Positions 47,328 through 55,871 of a stretch of 64,000 nucleotides of DNA are shown here, piece by piece (within the stretch, counting starts at the first letter, position 1; each line of letters begins with the position of its first letter). Made by a program: the position numbers and the translations under genes. Under the pieces are notes generated by a model that worked only from the letters and a program-made list of their open reading frames with translations, did no database searches and was not told the DNA's origin. Origin of the DNA: an uncultured Gemmatimonadaceae bacterium (GTDB lineage: Bacteria > Gemmatimonadota > Gemmatimonadetes > Gemmatimonadales > Gemmatimonadaceae). The stretch is from contig CAVXGK010000002.1 in NCBI GenBank assembly GCA_963761305.1, positions 1,536,001-1,600,000 on the forward strand, written 5' to 3'.

Positions 47328-49721
47328 TCAGAACGCCGCCTTCAGTCGCAGTTGGAAGCTGCGCGGCCGCCCGACGGACGGACCGCTGAAGAATGCGCCC
47401 TTGAGCAAGTACGTCTTGTCGAAGACGTTGTCGACGTACAGCTCGGGCGTGAACTGCGTCCCGCCGACTCGCATCTGGTATCCCGCGGCCGCGTTGAAAA
47501 TGGTGCTCGGCGCAACGTGGATGCCCGAGTTGAAGTCGAAGAGGCCCTGGCCCAGGCTGCAGTTGCAGCTGCTCGGGTCGACGCCGTTGGTGAGACCGGA
47601 CCCGTAGATCGCCGTGCCGCTCAGAAAGAAGTTGCTCGGCGAATAGGTGGCGCTCGCCACGATGGAAAGACGCTGATCGTGATCGAGGTCGAAGAAACCG
47701 CTCGGCGGCGCGCTGGGGAAGAATCCTCCCGTGATGGTGCCGTACCCGTATGCATGGTTGAGCGCGGCGTTGATGTAGCCCGAGAACGGTCCGGGCGGCC
47801 GCACCTCGAGCACGCCCTCGATTCCCGTGATGTGCACGTGCTCGATGTTCACGTCGGTGACGATCGCCGAGCCGGGCACTGTGTTGTCGTCGATTCCGGG
47901 GCTGCTCTCCTTGTGGTACGCGGAGAGCTTGGTCACCAGGCCCGCCTCGGGGAAACGCTGGACGAGCCCCGCCTCGAAGAAGTTGTCGCGCTCAGGCAGC
48001 GTCGGGAGATCCGCCTCTCCGCCCTGGGAGACACTCGTGATGGTGCGGAGATCTTCGATGTTCGTCGGCATGAACAGGCGGCCGTAGTACAGATATGCGG
48101 TCGTCGTCGGCGACGGGAAGAAGTTGATGCGGAATCGCGGGCTCACCTGGCTCTGGACCGGCGTATTGGGCGCGGCGTGCGAGTCGTACCGGACGCCCGC
48201 GCGAAACTCCACCCACTCGGCCGGTGCGTAAGAGCCTTGGCCGTACACGCCGATGTCGTGGCCAGTGAGGTCGACGCTCGACTGCGGCCCGAAGCTCGTG
48301 GCGTTGAAGGTCGAGAAGTCTTCGTGCCCGCTGGTTAGCGACGACAGCGTGCCGAACTTGAATTCCGTCTCGTGTGCGGGGCGAAACGCGTAGTCGGCCT
48401 TGATCCCGTAGATGTTCGCCGCGCGGTTCTCGCGGATGTTGTAGAGGTTGGTGTCCGGGAAAAACTGGAACGTCGGATCGTCAAGCGGATCCGGGTTGTA
48501 GCGGAGAGACGCATGGCGGTAGAACAGGCCTCCGAAGAAATCGCCGGCCGTCTGGCCGTCGTCGTTCGGCTCACCCACCTGGTGGTGCCAACCCAGATTG
48601 ACGAAGCTGTTCCCGTCGTTCTGATGGTCGTTCTGAAACGCGCCGCCGCTCGAATCGTACGGAACGGCGAACTGCGTCGTCGAGAGATTCCCTTCGAGCG
48701 TGAACACATCGTGCGTGCTCGGCGAGTACTGGAGCTTGCCGAAGCCGTAGTAGTCGGTGCCGTCGTTGTGAAAGTTGCTGATGCGATTGGTGCTCGGGTC
48801 GATGACGATCGGCTCGAGGCGCATGTCGCTGAACTGGCGCGAGCCGGACAGGAAGAAGCCCCACGGCCCGCTGTTGCTGCTGATCGTGCCGGCTTCACCG
48901 TTCGAGCCGGTCGGCCCCGAGACGGTCGACCCGGAATAGCCACCGCCATATCCGCTGAAGCTTCCGTGGAATCCGCCCGACGGAATCTTCGTCGCGACGT
49001 TGACGATGGCCGATTGCCGGCCGCCGTACTCCGCGTCCCAGCCGCCCGTCTGGAAGTTGATTTGATTCACGACCTGCGGGTCGAACAATTCGTTGAGCGA
49101 TCCCGAGATGCCCGGCGGCACGGGGACGCCATCGATGTAGTAGGTGTATTCGGCGTGCTGTCCGCGAATGTGGACCTCGCCGGTCGGCGCACGGGCGGCG
49201 CCGGCGATCGACTCCTGAAGAATCTGTGACGTCGTCAACGTCGGCGCGCCATGGAAGTCGTTCTGTTTGAAGACCTGGTCGCCGCTGCGCGTGTCGACCG
49301 TGACGGCTGCCGGCGCGACGATCTGCACTGCCTCGAGGTTCAAGCCGACCGGTGCGAGCGCGAACTTGAATTGCTGGGTGGCCGTGGCCGTCTGCGCAAT
49401 GACCAGCGGTTGCGAGATCGCTCGGTAGCCGATGACGTGGACCGAGATCGAATACGTGCCCGCGCCGAGATGGTGAATCGTGAATCCACCGAACGTGTTC
49501 GTCGTGGTGTTCGCCACGACGGCGCCGCCCTGGTTGGCGACCGTGACCTCCGCCGACTCGATGGGCTGACCATTCGTGCTATCGGAGACCACACCAGTCA
49601 CATCGACGCTCGCGACGGCGGGCACTCCGCGGTGGATCGGGTCTCGTGCCGCGAACGCGAGTTGGCTCGGCACCAGCAACGCGCAGAACGCGAACGCGTG
49701 GAGGAACGGCGGTCGTATCAT
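47328..49721 (-). CDS. TonB-dependent receptor (intact paralog)
   Basis: Signal peptide, carboxypeptidase-regulatory-like domain, plug HIRGQH..IDGVP..TGGWDAEYGG, GVRYD, C-terminal LRLKAAF. Confidence 0.9.
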   Translation of the reverse strand: MIRPPFLHAFAFCALLVPSQLAFAARDPIHRGVPAVASVDVTGVVSDSTNGQPIESAEVTVANQGGAVVANTTTNTFGGFTIHHLGAGTYSISVHVIGYRAISQPLVIAQTATATQQFKFALAPVGLNLEAVQIVAPAAVTVDTRSGDQVFKQNDFHGAPTLTTSQILQESIAGAARAPTGEVHIRGQHAEYTYYIDGVPVPPGISGSLNELFDPQVVNQINFQTGGWDAEYGGRQSAIVNVATKIPSGGFHGSFSGYGGGYSGSTVSGPTGSNGEAGTISSNSGPWGFFLSGSRQFSDMRLEPIVIDPSTNRISNFHNDGTDYYGFGKLQYSPSTHDVFTLEGNLSTTQFAVPYDSSGGAFQNDHQNDGNSFVNLGWHHQVGEPNDDGQTAGDFFGGLFYRHASLRYNPDPLDDPTFQFFPDTNLYNIRENRAANIYGIKADYAFRPAHETEFKFGTLSSLTSGHEDFSTFNATSFGPQSSVDLTGHDIGVYGQGSYAPAEWVEFRAGVRYDSHAAPNTPVQSQVSPRFRINFFPSPTTTAYLYYGRLFMPTNIEDLRTITSVSQGGEADLPTLPERDNFFEAGLVQRFPEAGLVTKLSAYHKESSPGIDDNTVPGSAIVTDVNIEHVHITGIEGVLEVRPPGPFSGYINAALNHAYGYGTITGGFFPSAPPSGFFDLDHDQRLSIVASATYSPSNFFLSGTAIYGSGLTNGVDPSSCNCSLGQGLFDFNSGIHVAPSTIFNAAAGYQMRVGGTQFTPELYVDNVFDKTYLLKGAFFSGPSVGRPRSFQLRLKAAF

Positions 49722-49831
49722 CAGAAACTCCGTTTGACGGGATGCGCAGGATCGCCGGCGGCGTGAAGACGCTCGGCTGTTCGTGCTTCGCATACGCTAC
49801 GGATTCGCCGCGGCGAGCCGCGTTGGAATTC

Positions 49832-49883
49832 AACGTCCGGCTGCGTGGCTCCCATGAGCGGTCATCGTATGGCCACAACTGGT
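49832..49883 (-). promoter_or_regulatory. LytTR-type repeats upstream of the intact receptor
   Basis: Minus strand ACCAGTTGTG, ACCGCTCATG, GCCGGACGTT at 21-bp spacing; -10 candidate TAGCGT at 49799-49794. Confidence 0.5.
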
Positions 49884-49935
49884 CGCGGCAACGCCCGCTC
49901 GCTGATGGCGAGGTGCGTGCGAGGCAGCGCGGTGC

Positions 49936-52329
49936 TCAGAACGTCGCTTTGAGCTTGAGCTGGAGGCTGCGCGGCCGGCCGACCGACGGTCCGCTGAAGA
50001 AGGCGCCTTTCAGCAAGTACGTCTTGTTGAAGAGGTTCTCGACGTACAGCTGCGGCGTCATCACCGAGCCGTGCACGACGAACGAGTATCCTCCCGCCGC
50101 GTTGAAAATCGTGTTCGGCGAGACGTGAATGCCGCTGTTGAAATCGAATAGCCCGGTGCCGAACGAGCAGTGGCAGTCCGCGGGATCGACGCCGTTGGTG
50201 AGGCCCGAGCCGTAGATGATCATCCCGCTCAGGAACAAGCGCTTCGGCGAATACGTGCCGCTGGCGACGATCGATACCCGTTGGTCGTGATCGAGGTCGA
50301 ATGCGCCCGTCGGCGGCTGCGTCGGAAAGAAACCGCCGGTGATCGCCCCGAAGCCGTAGGCGTGGTTCAGCGCCGCGTTGACGTAGCTTGAGAAGGAGCC
50401 CTTGGGGTTCAGCTCGAGCACGGCCTCGATGCCGGTGATACGAATGTGCGCGATGTTCACATCGGTCACGATCGCCGAGCCGGGGATCGTGTTGTCGTCG
50501 ATGCCTGGATTGCTGTCCTTGTGGTACGCGGCGAGTTTCGCAACGACGCCTGCGTCGCGGGAATCGTTGGACGACGCCCGCCTCGTAGAAGTTGTCGCGT
50601 TCGGGCACCGTCGGTTGAGCGGCTTCGCCGCCCTGCGCGACGCTCGTAATCGTGCGCAGGTCCTCGATGTTCGTGGGCATGAACAGACGGCCGTAGTACA
50701 GATACGCCGTCGTCAACGCCGACGGATAGAAGTTGAGCCTGATACGTGGGCTCAACTGGCTCTCCACCGGCGTGTCGGGAGCCGCGTGCGTATCGTACCG
50801 CAGGCCGACTCGTAGCTCGATGTCGCTCGATGGGAGAGTACACCGTCTGGCCGTAGAAGCCGACGTCATACCCGTTCAGATCGACGTTGGACTGGGGGCC
50901 GAGCGAGACGGCGTTGAACGCCGAGAAATCTTCGTGCCCGGTCGTCACCGACGAGAGCGTGCCGATCTTGAACTCCGTCTCGCGTTCCGGGCGGAACGCG
51001 TAGTCGACCTTCAGGCCGTAGATGTTGGCGCTGCGATTCTCAGAGAGGTTGAAGAGCGTCGTATCCGGGAAAAACTGGAACGCCGGGTCGTCGTTGGGAT
51101 CGGGGTCGAATCGCAGCGACGCGCGCCGGTAGAAGAGGGCGCCGAACACGTCACTGCGCGCTCGTCCAGCCGAGTCGATGTCGCCGATCTGGCGGTGCCA
51201 CCCGAGGTTCAGAAAGCTGTTGGCGTCGTTCTGATGATCGTTCTGGAAAGCGCCGCCGGTCGAGTCGAAGGGGACCTCGAACTCGGTCGTCGACAGACTC
51301 CCTTCGAGCGTGAACACTTCGCGTGTGGTACGCGTGTATTGCAGTTTGCCGAAGCCGTAGAGGTCGGTGCCGGAGTTGTGAAAGTTGCTGATCAACCCGG
51401 TGCGCGGGTCGATGACGACCGGCTCGAGCCGCATGTCGCTGAACTGACGCGTGCCGGAGAGGAAGAATCCCCACGGCCCGCGGTTGTCGCTGACAGTCGC
51501 CGACTGGCCGTTCGATCCGGTCGGCCCAGCCACGCTCGATCCCGTGTACCCGCCGCCGTACGCGCTCGCGTCGCCTTGAAACCCGCCTGTCGGGATCTTG
51601 GTCGTGATGTTCACGACGGCGGCGATGCGCCCGCCGTATTCGGCGTCCCATCCGCCGGTCTGAAAGGTGATGTGGTCCACGACGTCCGGGTCGAACAGCT
51701 CGTTCAGCGACCCGGAGATGCCGGCAGGCACCGGCACGCCATCCACGTAGAACGTGTACTCGGCGTGCTGTCCGCGGATGTGTACCTCGCCCGTGGGCGC
51801 GCGGGCGGCACCCGCGATCGAGACCTGAATGATCTGCGACGTCGTCGCCGCCGGCGCGCTGTGAAACGTGTTCTGCCGGAAGATCTGGTCGCCGGTTCTC
51901 GAATCCAACGTCACGATGGGCGCATGTCGTGATCTGCATGGCCTGGAGATTCAGTCCGATCCGGGACAGCGCGACGTTGAGCACCTGCGCGGCGGTGACG
52001 GCGGACGCAATGATGAATGGCATCCTCTCGGCGCGGAATCCGATCATGCGGACGCTGAGCGAGTAGGGACCCGGCGCGAGGTTGTGAACGGTGAAGGCGC
52101 CGAACGTACTCGTCGTCGTCGTCGCGACGACGGCGCCGATGTAATTCGCGACGCTCACCTGCGCCCCGGAAACGGGTTGCCCTGTCGCGCTGTCGGTGAC
52201 GACGCCCGTCACGTCGGCGTTGGCCCATTCGCGCGCGGAGTTTGAGTAGCGAGCTGCGTGTGCGCTCTGGCAAGGAATCACGAGCACGCCCACGGCGAAC
52301 AATCGGCACCACAGTCCCAGCCCCGACAT
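49936..52329 (-). pseudogene. TonB-dependent receptor paralog split by three frameshifts
   Basis: Four ORF pieces colinear with 47328..49721; shifts near 51924, 50832 and 50557; ends LKLKATF. Confidence 0.8.
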
Positions 52330-52438
52330 CGAAAACTCCGCAAAGGCCGAACGGAGCGGCTCGCCGGCGTCGATTCGCCCGTTGGCTGCCCTCGGCGGAG
52401 AAGGCTACCGATTCATTCCGGGGCGTCGCGTTGGATTC

Positions 52439-52511
52439 AACGTGCGGGAACGGACATCTCATGACCGGCCATTCCGCGCGAATGAACGGTCCAATGGTAG
52501 AGCTGAGCGGC
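52439..52511 (-). promoter_or_regulatory. Four LytTR-type repeats upstream of the frameshifted receptor
   Basis: Minus strand GCCGCTCAGC, ACCGTTCATT, GCCGGTCATG, CCCGCACGTT at 21-bp spacing; -10 candidate TAGCCT at 52407-52402. Confidence 0.55.
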
Positions 52512-52551
52512 AAACTCGAGGGTGAACGCGAACCCAACGCGCGCCTCGCGG

Positions 52552-52578
52552 GCTGCTGCAATGAAATGTTGCAGCAGC
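52552..52578. promoter_or_regulatory. Perfect inverted repeat, operator candidate
   Basis: GCTGCTGCAA-TGAAATG-TTGCAGCAGC. Confidence 0.5.
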
Positions 52579-52678
52579 GAACGCGAATGAGACTCCCAAC
52601 CTTGACGCGGCGCTGACGGGGCGAAGCTTCCATGTCGCAGCGACCATGGACCACTCGGCGTCGACCAGCGGACAGCCG

Positions 52679-53280
52679 ACTCCGACCATGCGACCACCGC
52701 ACCCCGAACAGGAGACGGGCGATGCCGACCGAAGTGCGCGCCGATGTCGAACAGCGGCCACGCGACTTGGCGCTGTTGCCAGTCGGGTTCGAACGTCGGC
52801 GAGGAGAGCGGTCGGTCTTGTCGGTCGACCGCGACCGAGGATCCAGTCGACGTCGAACACCCGTCAGACCAGCCCGAACAGCGGCCACCTCACTCGACCG
52901 ACGCTTTCATCTCGCTCCGAACATCGGCCAGCCGAGCGGCGCATGGATCCAGCTCACTCCGACCATCGGCCAGGCGACCGGTCAGGTGGTTCCATGTCAC
53001 TCCGATCACCCGACCGGTGAGCGGTCGCGTGGATCCAGATCACTCCGACCGTCGGCCAGGCGAGCGGTCGGGTGGATCCATGCTGTTCCGACCATCGGCA
53101 AGGCGAGCGGTCGGCGGATACAGCCTACTCCGAACGTCGGCCAGGCAACTGCGAACGTTGCGCGCCCTGCTGAACCAAGGTTCCACGCCACTCCGAACGC
53201 CGATCGCATCACCGCCACCACGGATCACCGCACTCCGAACGCCGCCCGGCGAACGAACCACATCTCCCACCTCACTCGGC
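52679..53280 (+). repeat. Degenerate tandem array, ~21-bp phase with 42-43-bp units
   Basis: YTCCGA starts at 52915, 52957, 53000, 53043, 53086, 53128, 53191 and 53233; weaker phased CGA cores extend back to 52683. Confidence 0.85.
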
Positions 53281-53290
53281 TGAGGCTTCC

Positions 53291-54046
53291 ATGAATCTCA
53301 GACAGGGCCGCACCCTACTGGCGTTCTATGCCGTCGATGTATTCCTCGACGCGTACCAGGCGCGCCTCCCCAAGACGACAGCGAGCGGCGCGCGCAAGCA
53401 ATTCGCCCGCACGCTCGCCGAGCTCGCCCTCCATGTTCAGACCCAGGCCGGCGCGCCGATCACGGCGCAGGGGCTCACCGCCGCGAAGGCGAAACAGCGC
53501 GCGGCGCTGGTTCGGGATTACCTGGCGCCGATCGCAAAAATCGCCAAACTCGAATCGGAAGCGCACCCGCCGCTCAAAGCACTCAAGCGCCTGCGCGGCG
53601 AACCGGCGTTGCAGAAACTGCTCGCCCACGCGGCCGGCATGGCCGTCATCGCTCAGGATTATCGCGAGGTCTTCGTCGCCGCCGGGATGCGGCCCACCTT
53701 CATCGAGGACATGACCGAGTCGATCGACGCGATCATGAACACCGCCACGGCGCGCACGGAGCGGGTCGGCGCGGGAAGCGGCGCGACCAAGGGACTCGAG
53801 ACAACGCTCGCCAAAGGCATGAAACAGAAACGGGTGCTCGATTCGTTCATTCGAACCGAGCTGAAGGACGATCTCACGCTGTTGGCGGCGTGGCGCACCG
53901 TTCAGCGGGTGGAAGGCCTGCCCGGCCGACGAAAGCGGCAAGATGATCGCAGTGCGTCGAGTGGGCCGCAGACCGCGTTGGCTGCGCCCGGCGATCTCCC
54001 GGTTCGCGAGCCGTCGCGGCTGCTGTCGGCGCCGGGGCAAGTCTGA
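53291..54046 (+). CDS. Hypothetical alpha-helical protein
   Basis: GAGG RBS; amphipathic helical 251-aa ORF ending LLAAWRTVQRV plus a low-complexity tail; no signal peptide. Confidence 0.8.
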   Translation: MNLRQGRTLLAFYAVDVFLDAYQARLPKTTASGARKQFARTLAELALHVQTQAGAPITAQGLTAAKAKQRAALVRDYLAPIAKIAKLESEAHPPLKALKRLRGEPALQKLLAHAAGMAVIAQDYREVFVAAGMRPTFIEDMTESIDAIMNTATARTERVGAGSGATKGLETTLAKGMKQKRVLDSFIRTELKDDLTLLAAWRTVQRVEGLPGRRKRQDDRSASSGPQTALAAPGDLPVREPSRLLSAPGQV

Positions 54047-54172
54047 CACTCAATTGGATGCACTGCAACCATATAGGCGGCCTGGGAGTAACAACGAGTG
54101 GACGCCTCCGCCCGTAGACGGTTGTGGCCGTCTAGCGCCTCGACTCGTCAAGGAATAGGCTTCCTCTTCAGA

Positions 54173-54520
54173 ATGACCCCTCCGTACCGACCCAGACGCC
54201 GGCATCCGCTGACGCTGGTCATCGCCTTTTTGGCGTTGATCGCGCAGGTGGCTGTCGCGTTGTCTCCGTTGGCTGAAGGCCGTCGGCCGGGGATGGCGTC
54301 GCACGTCGAGAGCACCGGGGTGAGGCTTCACTATTCGCACGACGAAGCCACGTGCGCCGCGTGTCAGGCCCGTTCGATTCACGGCACGCCGCGAGCCGCC
54401 GACGTCGGGTTTCGTCCGTCGAGCGAGGTCGCGACCGCCGTCTGTACGGCGAGTGTTCGCGTCGCCACGGCCGACCGTTTTTCCCAAGACAACCCCCGCG
54501 CGCCACCCGGATTGATCTGA
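54173..54520 (+). CDS. DUF2946/CruR-like leader peptide (signal helix, CxxC, C-terminal RAPP)
   Basis: RRRHPLTLVIAFLALIAQVAVAL, HYSHDEATCAAC, NPRAPPGLI-stop. Confidence 0.8.
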   Translation: MTPPYRPRRRHPLTLVIAFLALIAQVAVALSPLAEGRRPGMASHVESTGVRLHYSHDEATCAACQARSIHGTPRAADVGFRPSSEVATAVCTASVRVATADRFSQDNPRAPPGLI

Positions 54521-54561
54521 GCTCGCAGCAGTAGCAGTACGCCTCAGATCCACAATCCGGG
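54506..54561 (+). promoter_or_regulatory. RBS-sequestering hairpin
   Basis: CCCGGATTG/CAATCCGGG plus ATCTGAG/CTCAGAT; the 3' arm covers the GGGA before ATG 54567. Confidence 0.65.
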
Positions 54562-54566
54562 ACAAC

Positions 54567-55871
54567 ATGCGCCTTCCATTAGGAGTGTGTGCGCTGGCCG
54601 CAATTGCCAGCGTCACAGCCTCGCGTTGCATCGCACAAGCCGGTGTCACGCGGGGGAACCAAGACCGTTCGACCGACACGCTTCACCTGTCGCGCCTTCA
54701 GGCCATCGCCGCGGCGCTCACGGGCAACGCGCAAATCGACGCTGCCCGCCAGCAAGTCGGCGAGGCGGCCGCGCGCCGAGTCAGCGACATAGCGATCCCT
54801 GATCCGCAGTTCACGGCGGGCTACGATCAGTTGACCAGTCCGTTCGCGTTCAGCGGTGCGCCGTCGCGGCCGGTCGCGCTCAGTCTCACGGTCCCCTTCC
54901 CCGACAAGTTCCGGCTCAACAACAGGATCGGGCGCGCCGACATCGGCAATTCGGAAGCGAACCTGCGGCTGCAGCAGCAGACCATCGCGCTCCAGGCGTC
55001 GGCGACGTACGACTCGCTCCTCGTCGCGCAACTCCACCGGCAGAACCTGCTCGAGGCGCTGCAGCTCTCCCAGGATTTCCTGACGCGCACCAAGGCGCGC
55101 TTCGACGCGGGGACCGCCGCCAAGCTGGACGTGATTCAGGCGCAGGTCACGGTCGCGCAGGCGCAGAATGACCTGATCGGCAACGAGCGCGACCTTCTCG
55201 CCGCTCAGGCGTCGCTCAACCGCACGCTCGGCCGGATCGTCGGCGCGGCGATCATCACCACCGACTCGCTCGAGTTGCCGCCCGCGCTCCCCGACTCGAC
55301 GACGATCGTCCAGACGGCGCTCCAGAATCGCCAAGAGCTCAAGGCCCTCCAGCAACAGCAGCTCGGCCAGTCGGCGACGACGAAGCTCATCAAGGAATTC
55401 TGGATTCCCGACCTCACGTTCGGCGTCGCCAAGGACTACTCGGCCGTGGGGCAGGCGCTGTTCACCACTGGCATCTCCATGCCGCTGCCCGTGTTCTACT
55501 GGCAACATGCGCGCGGCGACATCGCGCTTTCGCAGCACACCGAGAACGAGCTCTCCGCCACGTATCGCGACACTCGCGCGCAGGTGACCCAGGACGTGCG
55601 CACGTCGTACGCCAATGCGAGCACCGCGATGAAACAAGTCACGTTCCTGCGCGACGAGCTGGTGCCCGCCGCGCGCGAAGCATACCGCGTCTCGTCCACG
55701 AGCTACGCCCTCGGCGGCTCGTCGGCGCTCGACGTGATCACCGCACGCACGGCACTCCTGACCGCAGAAGCACAACTCGCCGACGCACTCGCGGCGGCCA
55801 ACACCGCTCGCGCCGATCTCGATCGCGCGCTCGGACTCAGCGTTACCGCCACTGGGGCGACAATCAGATGA
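54567..55871 (+). CDS. TolC/CzcC-like outer-membrane efflux protein
   Basis: Two OEP repeats (RFDAGTAAKLDVIQAQV; SYALGGSSALDVITAR). Confidence 0.9.
   Translation: MRLPLGVCALAAIASVTASRCIAQAGVTRGNQDRSTDTLHLSRLQAIAAALTGNAQIDAARQQVGEAAARRVSDIAIPDPQFTAGYDQLTSPFAFSGAPSRPVALSLTVPFPDKFRLNNRIGRADIGNSEANLRLQQQTIALQASATYDSLLVAQLHRQNLLEALQLSQDFLTRTKARFDAGTAAKLDVIQAQVTVAQAQNDLIGNERDLLAAQASLNRTLGRIVGAAIITTDSLELPPALPDSTTIVQTALQNRQELKALQQQQLGQSATTKLIKEFWIPDLTFGVAKDYSAVGQALFTTGISMPLPVFYWQHARGDIALSQHTENELSATYRDTRAQVTQDVRTSYANASTAMKQVTFLRDELVPAAREAYRVSSTSYALGGSSALDVITARTALLTAEAQLADALAAANTARADLDRALGLSVTATGATIR

Noticed and set aside
49722..49935. Cobalamin or TPP riboswitch upstream of the TonB receptors
   Set aside because: I could not find the B12-box or TPP core motifs by eye; the conserved blocks fit promoter or operator elements better.
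49936..52329. Programmed frameshifting or phase variation in the receptor paralog
   Set aside because: There are three separate shifts with no slippery heptamer or long homopolymer; error or decay is simpler.
52679..53280. CRISPR array
   Set aside because: Units are degenerate along their whole length with no constant-repeat/unique-spacer alternation, and there are no cas genes in the window.
52632..53294. 220-aa ORF across the repeat array as a normal protein
   Set aside because: The repeat phase moves between frames because of the 43-bp units, all three forward frames are largely open, and the composition is not protein-like. Kept only as a possible leader ORF.
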